NCBI GenBank assembly: GCA_963580625.1
Contig: CAUZKS010000001.1
Span: forward strand, 1-41,269
Direction of reading: 5' to 3'
Source: Dehalococcoidia bacterium
GTDB lineage: Bacteria > Chloroflexota > Dehalococcoidia > Lucifugimonadales > Lucifugimonadaceae
Length of the DNA stretch: 41,269 bases
Both the position numbers and the translations under genes were made by a program. The notes beneath the pieces were generated by a model. The model worked only from the letters and a program-made list of their open reading frames with translations, was not told the origin of the DNA and made no database searches. This document shows positions 35,586 to 41,269 of this stretch, piece after piece. The stretch's first letter is position 1; each line of letters begins with the position of its first letter.

Positions 35586-36599
35586 CTAGGGTGCAGTCCC
35601 ACCCGCACGAGGGTGGGACTGCAGGTAAACCTTACGAGCCTGTTCCGTGGAGACGTACGTGTAGATCTGAGTGGTGGCCGGGCTGGAGTGGCCCATCAGG
35701 TCCTGCACCACCCTGAGATCGGCTCCACCATCAAGCAGGTGCGTAGCGAAGCTGTGGCGGAGTGTATGAGTGTGGAAATTCGGGTCCAATCCTGCCTGCA
35801 GCGCATAGCGTTTTACCAGACGCTCCACGCTTCTGGTGCTCAAGCGTCCGCCATATCGGTTCAGGAACAGAGCCGTTTGTGGTTGTCGATTTGCCAGCTC
35901 TTCACGGGTTCTTTGGACGTACTCTGTAAGAGCCATTACAGCTGGCTTACCGAGCAGTGCAATCCGTTCTTTGTCGCCTTTACCAACAACCCGAAGCTCC
36001 CGGAACTTAAAGTCGATATCGCCGACGTCCAGGGAGCAGATCTCAGCCACTCGCAGCCCTGATGAGTACAGGACTTCCAGAATGGCCCGATCGCGCCTAC
36101 CAATATCGGTGGCCGCGTCTGGCGTCGCTAAAAGTGTCTCGACTTCTCGACGGGTCGCTACCACTGGAAGTCGGCGGTCAAGCCGAGGGGACGTGATCAG
36201 ATCAGTCTGGTCGCGCTTGATATCGCCGCGGTCACCCAAGAATCCGTAGAAGGCCCTGAGCGCAGTAAGTTTACGACTGACACTGGACTTGACATACCCG
36301 AGCTCAAGTAGCCACGCGAGATAGTCACGAAAGAATCGGCGGTCGGCTTCGTCCAGGTCAGACACGCGTCGCAATCGCAAAAATTCGGCATATGAGGCAA
36401 TGTCCGATGTGTAATTGCGGACGGTGTAAGCGGAAAGTTGTCGATTTGTGCGCAGATGGTCTCCGAACTCGATGATCATTGTGCCCCAGAGCGTATCGGA
36501 AAGATCCTGTTCGAGTACGCGTTTGATACGCCGACCCTGACTCGAACGGTTAGTCATTGCGCTGTTCCTGTTACAGGGGCGGTAATTCGAGCACTCCAC
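35586..36599 (-). CDS. xerC: Tyrosine recombinase, XerC/XerD type
   Basis: N-terminal SAM-like core-binding domain (LSAYTVRNYTSDIASYAEFL). Catalytic residues sit in ARDRAILEVLYSSGLRVAE, HTLRHSFATHLL and LMGHSSPATTQIYTYV. The likely start is ATG 36557 (MTNRSS...), with AGGA upstream. Confidence 0.8.
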   Translation of the reverse strand: MECSNYRPCNRNSAMTNRSSQGRRIKRVLEQDLSDTLWGTMIIEFGDHLRTNRQLSAYTVRNYTSDIASYAEFLRLRRVSDLDEADRRFFRDYLAWLLELGYVKSSVSRKLTALRAFYGFLGDRGDIKRDQTDLITSPRLDRRLPVVATRREVETLLATPDAATDIGRRDRAILEVLYSSGLRVAEICSLDVGDIDFKFRELRVVGKGDKERIALLGKPAVMALTEYVQRTREELANRQPQTALFLNRYGGRLSTRSVERLVKRYALQAGLDPNFHTHTLRHSFATHLLDGGADLRVVQDLMGHSSPATTQIYTYVSTEQARKVYLQSHPRAGGTAP

Positions 36600-36611
36600 A
36601 GACCGGAGTTA

Positions 36612-38879
36612 TCACAACACGACCGAGACGGATGCGTCTTCTGACTCGCCATCCGACACGGCCTCCGGGGCGGGGCCATCGTAGTCTTCCTTGGTGACAC
36701 ACTTTGCGCCGTTTCGTCCACGGGCAACAAGCAAGCCGCCGCACTCAGGGCAGGGCTCTTTAAGCGGCCGAGCGTCGGTAGTAAATTCGCAATCAGGGTA
36801 ATGCTCGCAGCCGTAGAACGGACGACCACGCCCTCGCCGTTTCCGCTCGAGCAACTCGCCTCCGGTTTCCGGACATTTGACACCGGTCTCAACGCGAATG
36901 TTGGAGGTGTGTTTGCAGGCAGGGAAAGTTGAGCAGCCAATGAATTCGCCATTCCGTCCGATCCGAATGACCAGAGGGCTTTCATTACCTTCTTCCGCGC
37001 ACGTCGGGCACATTTCACCAGTTGGTCTTTCAAGTTGAGAACGAGGGACCCTCTCTGATTTCTCTTTGGCCTCACTGCACATTTCATCGAAAGGACCGTA
37101 AAACTCATGGAGCATTGGGATCCACTCGATGTCACCCCTGGAAACTTGATCAAGTTTTTCTTCCATCGAAGCAGTAAAGCCAGTATCCATGATGTCCGGG
37201 AACCACTGGACTAAATAGTCACTTACAACGATACCCAACATGGTTGGCTTGAACCGAGTTCCTTCACGCTCGACATAAACCCTGCGCTCAATTGTGGAAA
37301 CAATGCCGGCAAACGTGCTAGGCCTACCAATACCGTTTTCTTCCAGAGTTCGAATCAACATGGCTTCCGAATAACGGGCCGGCGGTCGGGTGAACTTCTG
37401 TTCAGACTTCAACTCGTCCAAGTTGACTGTCTCGCCTTCATCCAACGGGACAAGCGATCTTGAAGTATCCGGTCCGTTCTCTTCGGAGTCATCAGACTCG
37501 GTAATCGTATCTCTCGCCTCTACATAAACCGCCCGGAAACCCTGGAATTTCAGGACTGAACCCGTTGCACGGAGCGTGTAGGAGGTACCTGACGGGCCTC
37601 CAGTGGCTTCGATATCAACCGTAGTGGCGTCAGAGATCGAATCAGTCATCTGACTCGCGACCATCCGCTTCCATATCAAATCGTACAGTGAACGCTGATC
37701 CGAGCTCAGGTGCGCCGCAATGCTCTCGGGAGTTCGCATTACGGAAGTCGCCCGGATAGCTTCGTGAGCCTCCTGGGCATTCTTACTGCGTGTCCGATAG
37801 ACGCGTGGCTTTCCAAAGTAGTCGGCGCCGTATTTGTTCTTGATGAAATCACCAATCTCAGCGACCGCGGTGGTTGCAAGGTTCGTCGAGTCGGTCCGCA
37901 TGTAAGTGATCAAGCCGACCGGATCACCCGAGCCGAGTTGAATCCCTTCGTACAATCCCTGAGCCGCTCGCATAGTTCGCTCAGCACCAAAGCGCAATCG
38001 GCGCGCAGCTTCTTGCTGAAGGCTGCTTGTGGTGAACGGGGCAGTAGGGCGAGATTTTGTCTCGCGCTTGACGACTTTCGTGACCTGGTATGCAGACGCC
38101 TCAAGATCAGCGACGAGTTTTGCTGACTCTTCTTGATTATTAACTAGATATCTGTCCGATTTGGCATCCCCACCCTTGCCGTCGATAGCATGCAGAGTCG
38201 CCCTGAACTTCAGACTGACATCGACAGACTTCGCAAGACGTGTAAGGACGGACCAGTACTCAACCGGATTAAACGCCTCAATCTCCCGTTCACGATCGAC
38301 GGTCAAGCGAAGTGCGACCGACTGAACCCGTCCTCCCGAGAGGCCTCGTCGGACCTTGCTCCATAACACCGGAGAAATTTGGTATCCAACTACGCGGTCT
38401 AAGATGCGACGAGCTTGTTGGGCGTTGACCATGTCCATGTCAAGAACACCATAGTCGGCGAACGCCTGGTCAACCGCGGAACGCGTGATCTCGTGAAAGA
38501 CAACCCGCCGCACTTCCTTGCCCTCCAATGCCTTTGGACCAAGCGCCTCTAGTAGATGCCATGCGATTGCCTCACCTTCCCTGTCCGGGTCGGTTGCCAG
38601 GTAAACAATGTCCGCATGACGCACTTTTTTCTTTATTTCGGTGAGAACCACGCCAGATCCACGCTCTAATGAATAGATGGGCGCGAAATCATTATCGATT
38701 TCGACGTTCATCCCCGACGAGGCTAATCCTCGCATGTGACCCTTCGTTGCGATCACATCGTATTCAGACCCCAGGAATCGACCGATCGTCCTAGCCTTTG
38801 CGGGCGACTCGACGATGACAACGTCTGTAACCGGCATGGGATTTGCCTTAGCAGTAGTTTCTGATTTCGCTTTGGCCAA
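36612..38879 (-). CDS. topA: DNA topoisomerase I
   Basis: 755 aa. Toprim VIVESPAKARTI, DPDREGEAIAWH, the active-site Tyr region ITYMRTDS, and three C-terminal zinc-ribbon modules (CPTC...C..C, CPETG...CEHYPDC, CPECGG). TTG start. Confidence 0.95.
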   Translation of the reverse strand: MAKAKSETTAKANPMPVTDVVIVESPAKARTIGRFLGSEYDVIATKGHMRGLASSGMNVEIDNDFAPIYSLERGSGVVLTEIKKKVRHADIVYLATDPDREGEAIAWHLLEALGPKALEGKEVRRVVFHEITRSAVDQAFADYGVLDMDMVNAQQARRILDRVVGYQISPVLWSKVRRGLSGGRVQSVALRLTVDREREIEAFNPVEYWSVLTRLAKSVDVSLKFRATLHAIDGKGGDAKSDRYLVNNQEESAKLVADLEASAYQVTKVVKRETKSRPTAPFTTSSLQQEAARRLRFGAERTMRAAQGLYEGIQLGSGDPVGLITYMRTDSTNLATTAVAEIGDFIKNKYGADYFGKPRVYRTRSKNAQEAHEAIRATSVMRTPESIAAHLSSDQRSLYDLIWKRMVASQMTDSISDATTVDIEATGGPSGTSYTLRATGSVLKFQGFRAVYVEARDTITESDDSEENGPDTSRSLVPLDEGETVNLDELKSEQKFTRPPARYSEAMLIRTLEENGIGRPSTFAGIVSTIERRVYVEREGTRFKPTMLGIVVSDYLVQWFPDIMDTGFTASMEEKLDQVSRGDIEWIPMLHEFYGPFDEMCSEAKEKSERVPRSQLERPTGEMCPTCAEEGNESPLVIRIGRNGEFIGCSTFPACKHTSNIRVETGVKCPETGGELLERKRRGRGRPFYGCEHYPDCEFTTDARPLKEPCPECGGLLVARGRNGAKCVTKEDYDGPAPEAVSDGESEDASVSVVL

Positions 38880-39160
38880 TTTCTACCTAACTGTATTATT
38901 TTGTTGCGCTGCCGTTAGCGTCCTGCCATTTTGAGAAAAGGCAATATACATCATGTGCCGGGAGGATTTTTATCCCAGACTGACTCACGCCACAGACATG
39001 GTCAACCATAAATCACGTCCACCGAAAATCGGCAGGGGCAACTGCGTCAACGAGACACGATCCTGCGAGCACAAGAGCTTCGCTCCCCGCGGCTGCGCGG
39101 GTCTCGTACCGCGAGTATGCGGGCACCGAACTCATCACTTCATTTGACGAGATACCGGTA

Positions 39161-39250
<90 letters not shown>

Positions 39251-39320
39251 GCAGAAATACCGGACGCCATTCATTACCGTCCATGCAGAAACACTACCAG
39301 ATGCAAAAAACGGGAACGAG

Positions 39321-39408
<88 letters not shown>

Positions 39409-39664
39409 AACGGAAGAGTATAGCAACGGAAACCGCTTTTTGATTGCGCTGGAGGCACCAAAAATAACGTCATTGTCGGATATCGTTTACCTTGACCTGA
39501 TACAAACTTGCCTCATACCATGATCTTGACCGAACCGGTCAATAATGCGCCACAAGATATCAGTGCGTTTACATGAGTCATCATTTACGGCGAATCTCTG
39601 CGCCCGGGTGGCTCGTCTGTTTTTTTAATCGCTTTTCAAGTTCTGTGCACCCTTCGGCTGTCAC

Positions 39665-41041
39665 ATGACAAGTAACTTATGGGTGGGCGTAATCCTGGCG
39701 GCCGGTATCGGCTCCCGGATGCGATCTTCCACCCCAAAGCCGCTGCACACGCTGTGCGGTCGTACGCTGATCGAACAGACGGTTCGCACGCTGCGCGAAG
39801 CTGGTATCGAGCGCGTTTTAATCGTAGCGTCGCCGCTGCTCGCATCGAATCCTCAACTACTTGAGATAGTCGATGGAGACATCGGCGAGGGTGTATCCGT
39901 CGCCATACAGACCGAACCAAGAGGGACAGGACACGCCCTGCTCTCGGCCTCGGACGTGGCGAGCCAGACGACACACATGCTCGTAGCCAACGCAGATATG
40001 CCGCTCATCACGGCTGACACTGTTCGATCGATGCTCACCACGCACACCGACCTGAACGCATCGATCACGCTATTGACGGGGAGGGGCGAAGTGCCGGCAG
40101 GGTTCGGGCGAGTCGTACGTGACTCGGATGATCACGTGATTGAGATCGTGGAAGAGGCAGATGCCGATGAAGCAACGCTCACCATCGACGAGTTCAATGC
40201 CGGTTACTACTGCATGGATACAGACGTTGCATGGAGCTTGCTTGCGAGTCTGGAACCGTCAGCAATGGGCGAGATTTACATTACGGACGTCGTATCCGCT
40301 GCGGTGAAAAACGGCGCGCCCGTTGAGGCGGTGTTGGTATCCGACCTTTCAGAAGTTGCCGGTATTAACGACCGTACGGAGCTCGCTGCCGCAGAAGCGG
40401 TAATGCGGGCCAGGATTCTGCGACACTGGATGATTGAAGGGGTGACGATGATCGACCCCGACACCACTTACATAGACTCAGGCGTGACCGTCGGGCGGGA
40501 CACGACCATCAAGCCCGGAAGCCACTTACTAGGTGAAACTCAGATCGGCATCCATGCCGTTATAGGCCCGGGCACGATCCTGAAGGACACCCGGGTGGAC
40601 GACGGGGCGGTCATTATCTCCTCTCACGCCGAGTCGGCTCATATAGGTGAGAGGGCGACCGTCGGCCCCTTCAGTCATCTGCGACCCGGTTCGGTGATCG
40701 GGCCGGATTCGCATATCGGTAATTACGCAGAGGTAAAGGACAGTGTGATAGGCCACGGCGCTAAGATCGGTCACTTCAGCTATGTGGGAGATACGACGGT
40801 AGGAGCCGGTGCAAACATTGGTGCGGGAACGGTTACCTGCAATTACGATGGTGATGTAAAACACCGGACATTCATCGGTGAGAACGCATTCATAGGCTCC
40901 GGTTCCATGCTTGTGGCACCGGTATCGATAGGACCCGGAGCAAGCACAGGGGCGGGTTCAGTAGTGACGCATGACGTGCCGGCCGGGGCACGTGTCGCCG
41001 GGGTACCGGCCCGATCTATTTCAGACCCGGATTCGAGTTAA
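39665..41041 (+). CDS. glmU: Bifunctional UDP-N-acetylglucosamine pyrophosphorylase / glucosamine-1-phosphate N-acetyltransferase
   Basis: 458 aa. N-terminal LAAGIGSRMRSSTPKPLH nucleotidyltransferase motif and C-terminal left-handed beta-helix hexapeptide repeats (IGxxxxIG series, NYDG). Confidence 0.9.
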   Translation: MTSNLWVGVILAAGIGSRMRSSTPKPLHTLCGRTLIEQTVRTLREAGIERVLIVASPLLASNPQLLEIVDGDIGEGVSVAIQTEPRGTGHALLSASDVASQTTHMLVANADMPLITADTVRSMLTTHTDLNASITLLTGRGEVPAGFGRVVRDSDDHVIEIVEEADADEATLTIDEFNAGYYCMDTDVAWSLLASLEPSAMGEIYITDVVSAAVKNGAPVEAVLVSDLSEVAGINDRTELAAAEAVMRARILRHWMIEGVTMIDPDTTYIDSGVTVGRDTTIKPGSHLLGETQIGIHAVIGPGTILKDTRVDDGAVIISSHAESAHIGERATVGPFSHLRPGSVIGPDSHIGNYAEVKDSVIGHGAKIGHFSYVGDTTVGAGANIGAGTVTCNYDGDVKHRTFIGENAFIGSGSMLVAPVSIGPGASTGAGSVVTHDVPAGARVAGVPARSISDPDSS

Positions 41042-41096
41042 GGAGTCGGTGACTAGTTGGCCGATCTGCTTGATTCACCAATCAGACGAGTTCAGA

Positions 41097-41269
41097 TCAA
41101 CTCAGGAGCCCAAAACACAGGACATGAGTAATTGCGAAGACCCCGGCGATAGAAGCCGTAATAGACGACCAGGCACCGCGATTGCGCACGGACATATTTC
41201 CGGCATGAACAACGGCGCCTCCTCCGAGGATGAACCTCCCAGTACGAGCTTGAGTCGAAATTGCCTGCG
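41097..41269 (-). CDS. Possible 3' end of an unidentified CDS entering from beyond the window
   Basis: The open frame from the window edge reads ...GRFILGGGAVVHAGNMSVRNRGAWSSITASIAGVFAITHVLCFGLLS*, with a partly hydrophobic C-terminus. I recognise no family. Confidence 0.2.
   Translation of the reverse strand, partial: QAISTQARTGRFILGGGAVVHAGNMSVRNRGAWSSITASIAGVFAITHVLCFGLLS

Noticed and set aside
35586-36599. Tyrosine recombinase considered as the integrase of a genomic island.
   Set aside because: It has XerC/D-type architecture and sits directly downstream of topA among core genes. No flanking direct repeats or adjacent tRNA target are visible, and the tRNA-Lys fragment is 16 kb away. 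I read it as housekeeping chromosome-dimer resolution.
41042-41269. Expected prs (ribose-phosphate pyrophosphokinase) downstream of glmU.
   Set aside because: No plus-strand frame gives a Prs-like N-terminus. Only short interrupted frames are present, and the better-looking frame is on the minus strand and is of unknown function.

Overview
This is a 41.3-kb, densely coding, moderately GC-rich bacterial chromosomal segment. I call about 38 protein genes, 4 intact tRNAs that all encode CCA, and 1 tRNA fragment. Gene content, the frequent TTG/GTG starts and the intergenic repeat type suggest a Chloroflexota-like marine heterotroph, but that is a low-confidence inference with no database support. 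The right half (25-41 kb) is core housekeeping: aspS, tig-clpP-clpX, a PurN-like formyltransferase, xseB-xseA, efp-pepP-aroQ, a XerC/D-type recombinase, topA, two tandem tRNA-Ser genes and glmU. The left and middle parts are metabolic or accessory. They hold korAB (2-oxoacid:ferredoxin oxidoreductase), a NUDIX/GNAT pair, and a four-gene cluster that looks like a disassembled MFE-2 (two paralogous SDRs plus a split double hot-dog hydratase). They also hold pcrA, a SAM methyltransferase, an RraA-like protein, a stand-alone Pta N-terminal (BioD-like + DRTGG) protein, tRNA-Phe and an APH-fold kinase with an aldo/keto reductase. Further genes there are a two-subunit IorAB-like molybdoenzyme, a GMC/NIPSNAP/Gfo-Idh-MocA operon, tRNA-Gly, an AsnC-type regulator and BioY. 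I see no CRISPR array, transposase, phage gene or recognisable defence system. The most unusual object is an IscA/HesB-like gene (22933-23451, minus strand) that ends in a 58-residue Gly/Cys tail encoded by triplet-periodic low-complexity DNA. Other points worth a second look are a multiply frameshifted ECF sigma gene at the left edge, a 3' tRNA-Lys(UUU) fragment with no 5' half, and three small families of intergenic hairpin repeats. Two more are a methyltransferase whose SAM motif lies upstream of any canonical start codon, and an EF-P with a non-canonical APKAP loop. All calls rest on motif reading by eye from the supplied translations and sequence; no searches were run.
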